From a virus, in the IMG/VR virus record IMGVR_UViG_3300020182_000007: DNA of 64,000 nucleotides. One strand, 5' to 3'. The stretch's first letter is position 1; each line of letters begins with the position of its first letter. Positions 49,189 through 58,728 of the stretch are shown here, piece by piece. The translations under genes were made by a program, and so were the position numbers. The notes beneath the pieces were generated by a model that saw only the letters and a program-made list of their open reading frames with translations, did no database searches and was not told the origin of the DNA.

Positions 49189-49713
49189 CTATAAATTTGT
49201 TGATGATTCTTCTAATTCTGCGTCAACGCTTTCGGTTTGATCAGCAGCTGCCTCAAGTTCTTTAATCTCTTCGTCTAATTGAGAAAGCTCCATATGAACA
49301 TTTTGAATTTCGGTGTTCATTTCGCCTAGAGATTTCATAGCATCAGTTACTGCTTCACCTACTAGTGTTAACATTCTGATAAAGCGTCTAGCGCTTTCTA
49401 CTCCAGTACCTTCTACTGCAAGAAGTGCTTGATAAAGACCATTTAATTCATATGCCTTTAAAGAAACAACAGCGTCTTCAGAATCTGAAAGATCTTTGTA
49501 TTGTTGTTTTAATCTGTCGTGGAGTGTTACAACTACTGCAGCATTTTGGGTTTTCCAAGTGTACCCTTTATCAAGGTGCTCAATAATTGTTTTAATAACT
49601 TTACGATCTTCTAGATCTAATTGAAATTGGTGTTCGGCATTGTGTAATTGTAATTCTTCTGCCTTCTTTTCTAGCTCAGTTCTTTTAGAGCTTAGTGTTT
49701 TGATGTTACTCAT
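49189..49713 (-). CDS. Coiled-coil hypothetical protein
   Basis: 174-aa helical, acidic ORF. Confidence 0.55.
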   Translation of the reverse strand: MSNIKTLSSKRTELEKKAEELQLHNAEHQFQLDLEDRKVIKTIIEHLDKGYTWKTQNAAVVVTLHDRLKQQYKDLSDSEDAVVSLKAYELNGLYQALLAVEGTGVESARRFIRMLTLVGEAVTDAMKSLGEMNTEIQNVHMELSQLDEEIKELEAAADQTESVDAELEESSTNL

Positions 49714-49748
49714 ATTTGTTAATTTAAATGTTACTGTTTATATATTTG

Positions 49749-50222
49749 TTAAAAATTATTGTTCGTTACTCTAAAATCAAAGTCTTCAAATTTTTCAAAT
49801 TGAAGATCATCAGCATCTAATCTCCTTAATAGCGTGTCATTTGTATCATTCCTGTTGTTTAATCTTTCTATTCTAGATTTTCGATCAATGTCTAAATAAA
49901 TTACCATAGCCTGGTCTCTGTATTCTTTTGGTAAAATATCTAAACCGTCCTTAGACATAATCATTACGTCTGCATTATCGAAATCTTCTTTAGTTTGTCC
50001 ATAAAATCCTCCATTAAAGTCCATGTGCTCGATAAATTTATCGTTTCCTACCATTTCAATGAATTCAAACTCAGATATAAAATGATAATCAACACCATCT
50101 ACTTCACCATTTCTTGGTTTCCTAGTCGTATGACTAATTCCTGCCTTAAATCCGCGTTCACGTAATCTATTTTTTAAATGGTCTTTACCAGATGCCGCTT
50201 TTCCTACTAGTATTATTTTCAT
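49749..50222 (-). CDS. gmk: Guanylate kinase
   Basis: GKAASGKD P-loop and SHTTRKPRNGEVDGVDYHFIS. Confidence 0.92.
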   Translation of the reverse strand: MKIILVGKAASGKDHLKNRLRERGFKAGISHTTRKPRNGEVDGVDYHFISEFEFIEMVGNDKFIEHMDFNGGFYGQTKEDFDNADVMIMSKDGLDILPKEYRDQAMVIYLDIDRKSRIERLNNRNDTNDTLLRRLDADDLQFEKFEDFDFRVTNNNF

Positions 50223-50256
50223 TGATTAGTTATATGTTTAGTTTTTAAAAAGTTTA

Positions 50257-51117
50257 TTAATTAGTATATGCATTTGGATTCGGTAGTCCTGAGTAGTGGT
50301 CCCATTCAGATTCTACATCTAATATATCCCATTTTGGATCATACCAAAAACGTCTACCTGTTTTATCAACAACATTGGACATTGTTTCATTTCCATAGCA
50401 TAAAAAGAAATCTGATTTTGTTTTTATATAATCAGTATCGTTTTTAAATGGGTTAACCCAATCTTTTATTTGACCACCTCCTAATACATAAGCAAGGTCA
50501 GGTACTGCTTTACAAAGCATGAATAATTCTTCACCTGACTGTTCAATGACATCCCTTGCCTTTGTGAAAGGATTTAAAGTTTCCATTCTGTATAATATCT
50601 CAGCCCGTAAATAGTTGCCAATTCCGTTAAAGTATTTTTGGTTCATTAATACCTCATTAATAGGCTTATCAAACTCTTTCTTATTAATATTATCAAGTAT
50701 ATTCTTTTTAAATTCTTCAAATTCAAAAGTTGGATCTGGTCCTCTATTGTCAGACCATTCAAATCCTGGTTTCCATTTGCCAAACCTCCTGACGTCAACA
50801 AAAGACAGCGTGTGGTCGTCAGTTGACTTAAACATTAAATGTGCATGTTTATTTTCATTTCCAGATTGTGATAACCTGAAGTGTCCTGACATTCCCATCG
50901 TCATTCGAACCGGTATTACCTCATTAGTATCTGCTTCTCGTATATAAACAATAAGTTCTTTCCCTCTGCTTTTTGCCATCATCCAAAACTTTTTAAAGGG
51001 TACATCAAAGAGTGTTCCCTTATGCGCTGGATTCTTTTTAATACTTTCAAAGGTACGCCCAGAAGCTGCTTTGTTAATATAGTCGGCTGTTAATTTAAGT
51101 TCTGCTAATTCAGGCAT
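50257..51117 (-). CDS. nei: Fpg/Nei-family DNA glycosylase/AP lyase, NEIL1-like (zincless finger)
   Basis: MPE N-terminus, RGKEL, GMSG, FVDVRRFG, H2TH FNGIGNYLRAEILYR, and C-terminal CYG...MS...D..GR..W. Confidence 0.93.
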   Translation of the reverse strand: MPELAELKLTADYINKAASGRTFESIKKNPAHKGTLFDVPFKKFWMMAKSRGKELIVYIREADTNEVIPVRMTMGMSGHFRLSQSGNENKHAHLMFKSTDDHTLSFVDVRRFGKWKPGFEWSDNRGPDPTFEFEEFKKNILDNINKKEFDKPINEVLMNQKYFNGIGNYLRAEILYRMETLNPFTKARDVIEQSGEELFMLCKAVPDLAYVLGGGQIKDWVNPFKNDTDYIKTKSDFFLCYGNETMSNVVDKTGRRFWYDPKWDILDVESEWDHYSGLPNPNAYTN

Positions 51118-51454
51118 CTTGTATTTTTTTAGATTTGATTCTTAATATTGATTCTACACAGTCAGAGAAATCTCCATAATATACTCTACTGCCAATACTC
51201 CATGATGTTAATTCATTCTTTGTATATTCTGCATCCCAAGTTTTCCAATCATAAATGGTAAATGTATCTCCATTAAAATCAAATACCCATTCAAAATTTA
51301 CTTTACCATCTCCAGATTCTTGATCAAATGTTGGTTGGCCGAACGCTTCGATTAAATCAACGTATTTTGTATTAAAAAGATTCCCTGATTTAGAAGTTCC
51401 ATGCATCATATCAAATGCTTGATTTTTATCTGTTATTTTTTCTAATTTTATCAT
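51110..51454 (-). CDS. Hypothetical protein
   Basis: 114-aa ORF with FGQP...EW...TIYDWK pattern. Confidence 0.6.
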   Translation of the reverse strand: MIKLEKITDKNQAFDMMHGTSKSGNLFNTKYVDLIEAFGQPTFDQESGDGKVNFEWVFDFNGDTFTIYDWKTWDAEYTKNELTSWSIGSRVYYGDFSDCVESILRIKSKKIQDA

Positions 51455-51455
51455 A

Positions 51456-51698
51456 TTATAGTTTGCGTAAAATATTATAAATCGATACAGGATATCTCAT
51501 TGTTCTTCTTTTTTTGTTTTTCCATTTTGATTCTACAGTAAACGTGAACCATGGTTCTCCATAATGCGCCTCTAGTTTTTCACATCTTTCTTCTATCTTA
51601 CCAGACATTGTAGAACCTGCAAATGAAAAAACATAATTCTGTCCTATTTTAGGTTTCTTAACTGATATTACCTTTAGCTCTTCTTTCTTCTTTGTCAT
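51456..51698 (-). CDS. Hypothetical protein
   Basis: 80-aa ORF downstream of a promoter repeat. Confidence 0.55.
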   Translation of the reverse strand: MTKKKEELKVISVKKPKIGQNYVFSFAGSTMSGKIEERCEKLEAHYGEPWFTFTVESKWKNKKRRTMRYPVSIYNILRKL

Positions 51699-51787
51699 TG
51701 TTTGTTTTTTAATTATAGTATAAATATAATCATTTAAAATGAATCGGTAAAACTTTTAGTGATTTATTTTCAAAAAGTTATTAACAA

Positions 51788-52465
51788 TTAAGGATTACAG
51801 TATTCTTTTCTTAGTAACATTATTACATCCTTCGCATCTTCTAGTGCATCATGTGCAACATCTCCTGGTAAATTAGCACGTTGCTTGCATGTTGAAAGGC
51901 TAGGTAAACTTTCATCATCTACCCAATTAGTATATAAAATGCTAGGATCTAAGATTCTTTGGCGTACTCTTACTAATTGCTTCCATCTTGGGAGTTGCTC
52001 TAAGAATTTGAGATCGAATGTTCCAAAGTTTTTACCAGCGGCTGTGATATTTACTGGCTTTGTCTTATTTGTAATCATTGGTGCTGGAAGTCCATCTCGA
52101 CTTGTTGTAGTATACTGAGATTTTCCAAGTTCTGTAAAACCATTAGCGGCTAGCCAATAATAAAATTCTTCTACAATCTCGTGATTATTGTAGAATTTCA
52201 TGCCAGTTGTTTTTTCCAGATTAGACCTATCTCCATAATTATTAATGCCTTGATATTCTACAATATTAGATATTAAGTCTCGATTCATATCAATTGCGTA
52301 TGCATCTCCACTAATATTTATTTGACTAATCACTCCATGGAATTTTGGCAAATCTTCAATATGTTCTATATTATTCGTATCTTCTATTACTGCTCCAATG
52401 CTAAGCACTTGGCATGTTTTAGGATCTAGACCTGTCGTCTCGATATCTATACTTAAATAACGCAT
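51788..52465 (-). CDS. DEDDh 3'-5' exonuclease (DnaQ-like)
   Basis: SIDIETTG, GKNFGTFD, LDP and HDALEDA. Confidence 0.88.
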   Translation of the reverse strand: MRYLSIDIETTGLDPKTCQVLSIGAVIEDTNNIEHIEDLPKFHGVISQINISGDAYAIDMNRDLISNIVEYQGINNYGDRSNLEKTTGMKFYNNHEIVEEFYYWLAANGFTELGKSQYTTTSRDGLPAPMITNKTKPVNITAAGKNFGTFDLKFLEQLPRWKQLVRVRQRILDPSILYTNWVDDESLPSLSTCKQRANLPGDVAHDALEDAKDVIMLLRKEYCNP

Positions 52466-52656
52466 ATTTATAATCTATCTTTATAATTAATCATCTTTGT
52501 TTTGGTTTATATGATAATGAGACTCCTATATTAAACCATCCAACTATCAATTCATATTCTTCCGGAAGAAGTATATCATGAGTTATCTTAATGAATGGTA
52601 ATACATGGAATTGACCTACTATTATGTGTTTACTTATCTTCATCTTCTAGTTTGTT

Positions 52657-53301
52657 TCAAATGTTATTAGTTGTTCTTTCATTTTCTAATTCCTCTAATT
52701 CTTTTTCCAATCTAGAAATACTACCAATACTACCCCACATTGGATTTGCTTTTGGATTTATTGCTTTAATTTGCTCAACTAATTCAGTTTGTCTACCTTT
52801 ACTATAAAATCTATTTTCAATAGCACTTGCCAATTCTTGTAAGTGTTCCGGTCCATAAATACTAATTCTTAAATCATAATCAGACCATTTTGTTTTCCAA
52901 TCAACAAACATAATACCATTAGTTAATTTCTTTTCTAGATTATGTAGTCTACGATTTCTAACTCTAACTATTGAATTATCTGAACCAAAAAGGTGTAAAA
53001 ATCTTAAGAACCATCTTGGACACCATTTTGGTTTGGCTTCATAATCTAATGCAAGAACTAATGGAAATAACGCCCTGTAGTGTATAGTGTTCTCGTTCCA
53101 AACTAAAGTTCCTAAATATCTGTATTTCTCAGCGAAATCCTTTGGAAAGAAAACAGCACGAATATCTTTGAATCCAATATTCATTGTGTGAATAATTCCT
53201 TTCTTTCGTCCCATCCAGAATAATATACTTTGCCCGAATGATTTAGCCTTCTCGCTAAACGTTCTCGTATCTTTTATTTCAAATCTACTTTTGACTATCA
53301 T
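52657..53301 (-). CDS. Hypothetical protein
   Basis: 214-aa ORF. Confidence 0.6.
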   Translation of the reverse strand: MIVKSRFEIKDTRTFSEKAKSFGQSILFWMGRKKGIIHTMNIGFKDIRAVFFPKDFAEKYRYLGTLVWNENTIHYRALFPLVLALDYEAKPKWCPRWFLRFLHLFGSDNSIVRVRNRRLHNLEKKLTNGIMFVDWKTKWSDYDLRISIYGPEHLQELASAIENRFYSKGRQTELVEQIKAINPKANPMWGSIGSISRLEKELEELENERTTNNI

Positions 53302-53313
53302 AACTTTTATTTT

Positions 53314-53994
53314 TTAGAATAATATATTTGATTCAGGATCCCAATCTATAGTTATTGGCTTATTTACTTGGTCATATCTTTCGTTTAATACTGATGCATT
53401 AATGAAATGTGTACCATTGTGGAATTTATAACCGTAACTTCCGTGAATATGCCCAAATACATGAACCTTTGGTGGTTGATTATCTACCTTAACTCTTAAC
53501 AATTCACAACCAAGATTTCCTTCATTATATGGAGGACCACTAATATCTAAATGACCTTGTGGTGGTCCATGTGTAATAAGAATATCTGTATCTTTTGGGA
53601 TTGCATTCCACTTTTCTTCAAGTTCTTTACCATTTCTAGGAAGATTAAATGCCCAATTACAAAATTCAGGTTGCCAAGGAGTTCCATAAATAACTAATTG
53701 TTGGTCCTCCTCATCCCATAAATCTAATTGCTCATCTTGTAAATAAGTAACATCATAGTCGTTTACAATTGTATTTGCTTCTAATGGATGATTTTCAAAC
53801 ATTCGGTCATGATTACCTGCAATAAAGATTTTATGTTTGTAATCTTGTGCTCCAAACCATTCACAGAATGCATGGATATCTGATTTGCTATAACCACTAT
53901 TCATTATATCCCCAGCATGAATTAGTAAATCTCCACCAGGCAAATCTAATTGCTTATGCTTAGTGTGAGTATCTGATATACATGTTATCTTCAT
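53314..53994 (-). CDS. Metallophosphoesterase (intact motifs)
   Basis: SDTH, HAGD, AGNHD, THGPP and GHIH. Confidence 0.92.
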   Translation of the reverse strand: MKITCISDTHTKHKQLDLPGGDLLIHAGDIMNSGYSKSDIHAFCEWFGAQDYKHKIFIAGNHDRMFENHPLEANTIVNDYDVTYLQDEQLDLWDEEDQQLVIYGTPWQPEFCNWAFNLPRNGKELEEKWNAIPKDTDILITHGPPQGHLDISGPPYNEGNLGCELLRVKVDNQPPKVHVFGHIHGSYGYKFHNGTHFINASVLNERYDQVNKPITIDWDPESNILF

Positions 53995-54028
53995 GTTTCT
54001 TTTTAATTAGATCTATTGTTTTAATTCT

Positions 54029-54352
54029 TTAATGTATTACAGTTATACTTCCACTTTTAATGATAGCTTCATTATATCCTCTACATTTCATATAAAATCT
54101 ATAAACATATATTGTATCAAAAGGTAAACCATCCCACCAAACATTTGGATTACTTGACTGAAATACTTGAATACCTGACCTATCATAGATTTCTAAATTG
54201 TAATCTTTAACATTAAGGGTATCTCCAAACTCTGGTTTCCATGTATCATTAATGCCATCACCATTAGGTGTAAATGCATTTGGAATGTAAACTTCTTGAG
54301 ACATTGCATTCATACTAAATACTAATGCTGCTATTGTAATTATCTTTTTCAT
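54029..54352 (-). CDS. Signal peptide plus T9SS type-B sorting (gliding-motility C-terminal, CHU_C) domain
   Basis: YIPNAFTPNGDGINDTWKP...IYDRSG..VF...WWDG...YVY...G.IT. Confidence 0.88.
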   Translation of the reverse strand: MKKIITIAALVFSMNAMSQEVYIPNAFTPNGDGINDTWKPEFGDTLNVKDYNLEIYDRSGIQVFQSSNPNVWWDGLPFDTIYVYRFYMKCRGYNEAIIKSGSITVIH

Positions 54353-54498
54353 ATTTTTTAATTATAGTTAAATATAATCAATTTTATTGATATAAAAAAC
54401 TTTTGTTGAAATGATTTTAAAAAGTTATTAACAATTAGCAGCAGTTGGTTGGGAGTCAACATTCCATTGATCGTCCCAAAATATAATTTCATCTTCCA

Positions 54499-55083
54499 TT
54501 ATTTTTCAGTACTAAAAAAGAAAGTTTGAAAAAGACGGCCATCTTTTATGTCTTGTCCAAAGTAGTCAAGTGACATGTGAAATAAATCTCCTCTATATAA
54601 TATAAGACGATTGTATTTGTTTCCTATTCTATCAACTAATTCCCATTTCGTCATATCTTGAGAATCTTTATTAATTTCATCTAATAGCTTAGTATTAATG
54701 GATCCGTCAGGGTTAATAGGTGCCCTCTCATGTCCTGTTTCTTTATGTTTATATAAACCAGTTCCTGCAGATAATGGTGCATCTGGTGTAAGATATAAAA
54801 CACCTGCCCAAGTTGTACCAGAATCTGCATGAATCCAACTTCTATCTCGAGATGTCGTATATTGGAATGCTCCGGTATAAGTATCTGGCCAGTATGTAAT
54901 TTTTCCAGCTATTGGTCTAATAATATCCTGTATTAACTTTTTAGTAGATTCTGTCCATACAGGATCTGTTCTTCTACCTGGATAATTACCAGGTACTCCA
55001 AATTCTAATTTCATTGCCATCTCTCGAACAGCATCTATATCATCGTAGAAGTCATCTACTATTATGGCGCTTAAGTCTGCCAT
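54499..55083 (-). CDS. 2OG-Fe(II) oxygenase-like protein (DUF6445-like)
   Basis: WIHAD...GVLYL...FH...RLFQTFF. Confidence 0.75.
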   Translation of the reverse strand: MADLSAIIVDDFYDDIDAVREMAMKLEFGVPGNYPGRRTDPVWTESTKKLIQDIIRPIAGKITYWPDTYTGAFQYTTSRDRSWIHADSGTTWAGVLYLTPDAPLSAGTGLYKHKETGHERAPINPDGSINTKLLDEINKDSQDMTKWELVDRIGNKYNRLILYRGDLFHMSLDYFGQDIKDGRLFQTFFFSTEK

Positions 55084-55084
55084 A

Positions 55085-55339
55085 TTATTGGGTTTTTTCT
55101 TTAATTGCTATATCAGAATCTTCATTGATCTTTTTAAATTCATACTTACCTTTAATATATTGGTTAAGCGCAATGCCTTGAGAATCTGCAAGGTTAAATT
55201 TGTTCCAATCTTCTAAATTAACCCCACTGTATAAATAAGATGCTCCGTTAAATTGAACTAATAGAGTATGCTTATCATAATTATATGACGCAGATTTTAG
55301 AGTAGAGCTATTGTATTGTGAAATTGTTGATGTGATCAT
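55085..55339 (-). CDS. KTSC-domain protein
   Basis: SSTLKSASY...L.VQF.G..YLYSGV...A.SQG...NQYIK. Confidence 0.85.
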   Translation of the reverse strand: MITSTISQYNSSTLKSASYNYDKHTLLVQFNGASYLYSGVNLEDWNKFNLADSQGIALNQYIKGKYEFKKINEDSDIAIKEKTQ

Positions 55340-55370
55340 AATTCTTAGTTTAGAATTTATATGACCAATC

Positions 55371-56078
55371 CTATCTTAGTTTCATTTTAGGAAAAGAAAT
55401 CTTTGGAGCGCGAACATTAGGCCTGTTAGGAGTAGGTCCCTTTGAAGGTCTTGGGCCTGTTTTAACGTTAATATTTCCAGGGCTAGGATAACTTGGCGTT
55501 GGTTTCTTTGAATCAATTGCTGGTATATTACCAACTCCATTGCCTTTTTTAGCTGGCTTATTTACAGATTTTTGGTCTTGTTGTTTTTCACCAGTTTCAG
55601 GCTGACCTACTTTAGAGAATGACTCCATTGTATAATTCATCATATCGCCTCTTGCCTCATCTTTCTTACTGTTTAGCTCAGTATGCTCGGCAGCTGGTGT
55701 CTTATTTATTACTTCTGATGTAATGTTTCCATTTCCATCGTCCTTTGATATAACGTCCTGATTTTTAATTTCTAGCTTTTGATTAGGAATTGGTTTTTTG
55801 GATTCACTTTCCATTTTATTCCTAGAAATATCTTTATTCTTGCCAGGATTCTCTCTTTCATTAACGCTTCTATCACCCTTGTCAATCTCAGTAGACATTG
55901 AAGAATTATTTTCAGTAACCTTTGAATTTGAATTAGATATTCCAGATTCTCCAGAATTCAGTTGCTTTCCAGATGGAACATTACTATTTGAACTAACAGA
56001 TTCACCATTACTAATACCATTGATTTTACTCAATACGCTAGACTCGAATGTAAATGATTGTTTAAGTTGTTCGCTCAT
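55371..56078 (-). CDS. Low-complexity Ser/Asn/Lys/Pro-rich protein downstream of the tape measure gene
   Basis: Likely start MSEQLK at 56078, right after the tape-measure stop. Confidence 0.55.
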   Translation of the reverse strand: MSEQLKQSFTFESSVLSKINGISNGESVSSNSNVPSGKQLNSGESGISNSNSKVTENNSSMSTEIDKGDRSVNERENPGKNKDISRNKMESESKKPIPNQKLEIKNQDVISKDDGNGNITSEVINKTPAAEHTELNSKKDEARGDMMNYTMESFSKVGQPETGEKQQDQKSVNKPAKKGNGVGNIPAIDSKKPTPSYPSPGNINVKTGPRPSKGPTPNRPNVRAPKISFPKMKLR

Positions 56079-56079
56079 A

Positions 56080-58635
56080 TTATTGTATCTTAACTCCCTT
56101 AACAGTAAGAGCTTTTTGTAATTTCTTAATTTCGCTAACGATTTCACTAGTATCGAAATTCTGTTGAGGTGCAGATCCTCCAGCTCCGGAAGATTGAGAT
56201 GAATTATTTGATCCTCCTGTGTCTGATCCTACTCCTAAGAATGATTTTCCGCTATCGACTGCTCTTTCAAGAGTACTTTTAGAGCCTCCATTATCAGAGG
56301 CTGTAGCGCTCTTAGTATTTTCATTAGCGTCAGATACTGTACCTTCAAAGTTTGCTATCATTTCAGCTAGTTTTTCAACAGCTCCTATTAACTTGTCTCC
56401 TAATTTTTCTAGAGCAGACTCGCTTCCATTTGCTGCTAGATAGGCAAGAGCATTAAATAGTTCAGTACTAGCCTTAATTGCGTCGACATTAAAATTATTA
56501 GAATGCTTTGCTATTTTACCGTATGAATCAGCAACGCTTCTCATAGTAGCTGCGTACTTATCGTAGTATGCATCAATATCACTTATTCCCAAAGCAGCAA
56601 TAGTTTCCAAGTCAAATGGCATAACTACAGCGTTTACTAATTTCGCGATCTTTTCTACTGCGCCTCCTGCAACAAGAACGCTGAATTTGCCAAAAGCTTC
56701 TGCAACCATATTTAATGGATCTGCTAGAGTTTGTATCTGTGGACCTAGCATTGCTAGTTTTTCTAAAATCTCCAATGGAGAAGGTGCGTCACTGCCAAAT
56801 AGACCAGCAATGCCATCAAGTAGTCCTCCTATTACATTTCCTACTCCTCCAACAACACTTGCACCTGCTGTTGCTCCAACGAATACCAACCATGCAATAC
56901 CAAGTGCTGCTATTCCGAGTGCCATTGGTAAAAGATTATCGACTCCGATTTCATCTTTAAGCCTAGCGAATGCGTCAATCATTGCGTTTATTGGTGTCAT
57001 TAATGCATTTGTAAAGTTTGTTGCAATTGAACCAAGATCTGGCATAAAGCTAAATATCCATGCGACTGCTAACATTCCAACCGCTAATACAATTAGACCT
57101 ACTACTCCAAGCAAGAATCCAACAGCACCAACCGCTGGTATTTTTATAATTGCGGCAATAAGTCCTACTGGGATTGCCATTATACCAAGAGCTATTGCAG
57201 CTCCTATTACCCAGTCTTGTGGTGGAAATAACCAAGATGATGGTAAATAAGCAAACAGATACGAAACTGCAAGAACTGAAATAGCTACTGCTGCGATTCC
57301 TAGCACTCCCATAAATAAATCCTTTACACCTACTCCCATTTTCTTAAATATTACAGTTATCAGTACGAATGGAACTGCGAATGCAAGCATTGCTAGTCCA
57401 GATAATAGTGACCACTCGACCGGAGGCGCTTTATATTCTTCTGCCAAATAGCTAAATATCCATCCAGCTGCTACTATACCTACTGCGATTGCTGCGATTG
57501 CTGCAGTTCCAAAAATTAATTGTTTTACTGAAGCTCCCTTGACAGCTTTCATTATAAAATAAAATGAAAGTGCAAATGCTAACATTGATATACCAGCAAG
57601 AAGTGACCATCCTAGTGGAGGTGCCTTGTAATCATCAGGTAATGTAGAATTCCATATCCATGCAACTCCTGCGATTCCAATTGCGATTAATGGTAAAGCC
57701 AAAGAAGCAAAAATAACCTCTTTGATAGAAGTTTTCTTAATACTCTTAAGAATTAATGAGAATGCGAAAGATACTGGTATTAATGCAAGTCCTATTAAAA
57801 ATGCAGCAGATAACTTTTCAAAAGGAACAGGCATTATTAATTGAAAAGCCCATGAAGCTACAACAATTGCCCCTATCATTACCCCAATTGCAATTGCTGC
57901 ATTTTTAAGATGCTTTGTCTTTATTTTTTTAATAGCTTTCATTATTTTAGTAAAAGCCATTCCCATTAGGTATAAAGCACCTGATATTACAATAGCAGTC
58001 ATTAATTTATCTCCTGTTACTGGCATTACTAATTGAAACAGCATAGAAGTTATTACAACTATTCCTGCCATTCCAATAAGAGAAAGTGCGGTAGCACCAA
58101 TCAATCCTAATATTCCTGCAGCGCTGCCGCCGCCTTTCCCAAGTTTACCCTTCCTATTAGCAATACCCTTTCCTGTTTTTGATAATGTTTTAAATATTTT
58201 TAAGAAAGTTGGAGTCATTAATGCAAGAGCTGCGGTAACTGCAAGTATCGTAATTACTTGCCTCATTTCTACATTAGGTGTCAGTCCTATAAGAGCAGCT
58301 GCCCCAACTATTGCTGCAGTCATTCCGACAACCATGAACGCTGTCATGCCTGTATCTTTCATTGACATTGGTTTAAAGGATGATCCACCACCTTTCTTAC
58401 CCTTCTTGTCTTTAGATTCAGTCTTAGATTTCTTAGACTCTGCCTTAATTAAGTCTCTTAATTCAGTAAGAAGCACCGTTTGCTTCTTTAATTCCTTTGC
58501 AGTTAACACAGCAGCGATAACTAATCGAAAATTAGTTTGTTTAATCGAACTTAGTAAAGGTACCGTTTCCTTCTCAGCTAATAAAGTTAGCTTTTGAATA
58601 GGACTTAATATATTTGAATACTGTTTATCAGTCAC
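56080..58635 (-). CDS. Tail tape measure protein (probable)
   Basis: 851 aa with repeated Ala/Gly-rich hydrophobic helices and periodic W; follows the tube and chaperone genes; GTG start. Confidence 0.75.
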   Translation of the reverse strand: MTDKQYSNILSPIQKLTLLAEKETVPLLSSIKQTNFRLVIAAVLTAKELKKQTVLLTELRDLIKAESKKSKTESKDKKGKKGGGSSFKPMSMKDTGMTAFMVVGMTAAIVGAAALIGLTPNVEMRQVITILAVTAALALMTPTFLKIFKTLSKTGKGIANRKGKLGKGGGSAAGILGLIGATALSLIGMAGIVVITSMLFQLVMPVTGDKLMTAIVISGALYLMGMAFTKIMKAIKKIKTKHLKNAAIAIGVMIGAIVVASWAFQLIMPVPFEKLSAAFLIGLALIPVSFAFSLILKSIKKTSIKEVIFASLALPLIAIGIAGVAWIWNSTLPDDYKAPPLGWSLLAGISMLAFALSFYFIMKAVKGASVKQLIFGTAAIAAIAVGIVAAGWIFSYLAEEYKAPPVEWSLLSGLAMLAFAVPFVLITVIFKKMGVGVKDLFMGVLGIAAVAISVLAVSYLFAYLPSSWLFPPQDWVIGAAIALGIMAIPVGLIAAIIKIPAVGAVGFLLGVVGLIVLAVGMLAVAWIFSFMPDLGSIATNFTNALMTPINAMIDAFARLKDEIGVDNLLPMALGIAALGIAWLVFVGATAGASVVGGVGNVIGGLLDGIAGLFGSDAPSPLEILEKLAMLGPQIQTLADPLNMVAEAFGKFSVLVAGGAVEKIAKLVNAVVMPFDLETIAALGISDIDAYYDKYAATMRSVADSYGKIAKHSNNFNVDAIKASTELFNALAYLAANGSESALEKLGDKLIGAVEKLAEMIANFEGTVSDANENTKSATASDNGGSKSTLERAVDSGKSFLGVGSDTGGSNNSSQSSGAGGSAPQQNFDTSEIVSEIKKLQKALTVKGVKIQ

Positions 58636-58689
58636 TTGTGTTATCTATTATTTTAACGGCACGAGAACATGCTCTTATGTTATATATCA

Positions 58690-58722
58690 AAAAAATAGGG
58701 AGGTATATATACCTCCCCATTA
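58690..58722 (-). terminator. Rho-independent terminator
   Basis: Minus strand ATGGGGAGGTATA-TATACCTCCCTAT-TTTT. Confidence 0.8.
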
Positions 58723-58728
58723 GTCACA

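Larger units (their letters stand above)
37093..54435 (-). promoter_or_regulatory. Dispersed ~80-bp promoter-like repeat; near-identical copies at ~37093, 37372, 38421, 43787, 48182, 48497, 51707, 54356 and diverged copies at ~9440, 12706, 18601, 18935, 38527
   Basis: Plus strand tttaattatagt(a)taaatataatcatttaaaatgaatcgg(g/a)aaaactttt(a/g)gtgaattattttcaaaaagttattaacaat, always intergenic and just upstream of a minus-strand ATG. Confidence 0.85.

Noticed and set aside
17872-52659. Genome-wide TGA reassignment (alternative genetic code)
   Set aside because: TGA serves as a normal stop in several overlaps with the next gene (19373, 19849, 22185, 33277, 51110), and the long conserved genes translate without internal TGA. 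Only isolated readthrough candidates remain; the one at 52657 would add only a few residues and may be chance.
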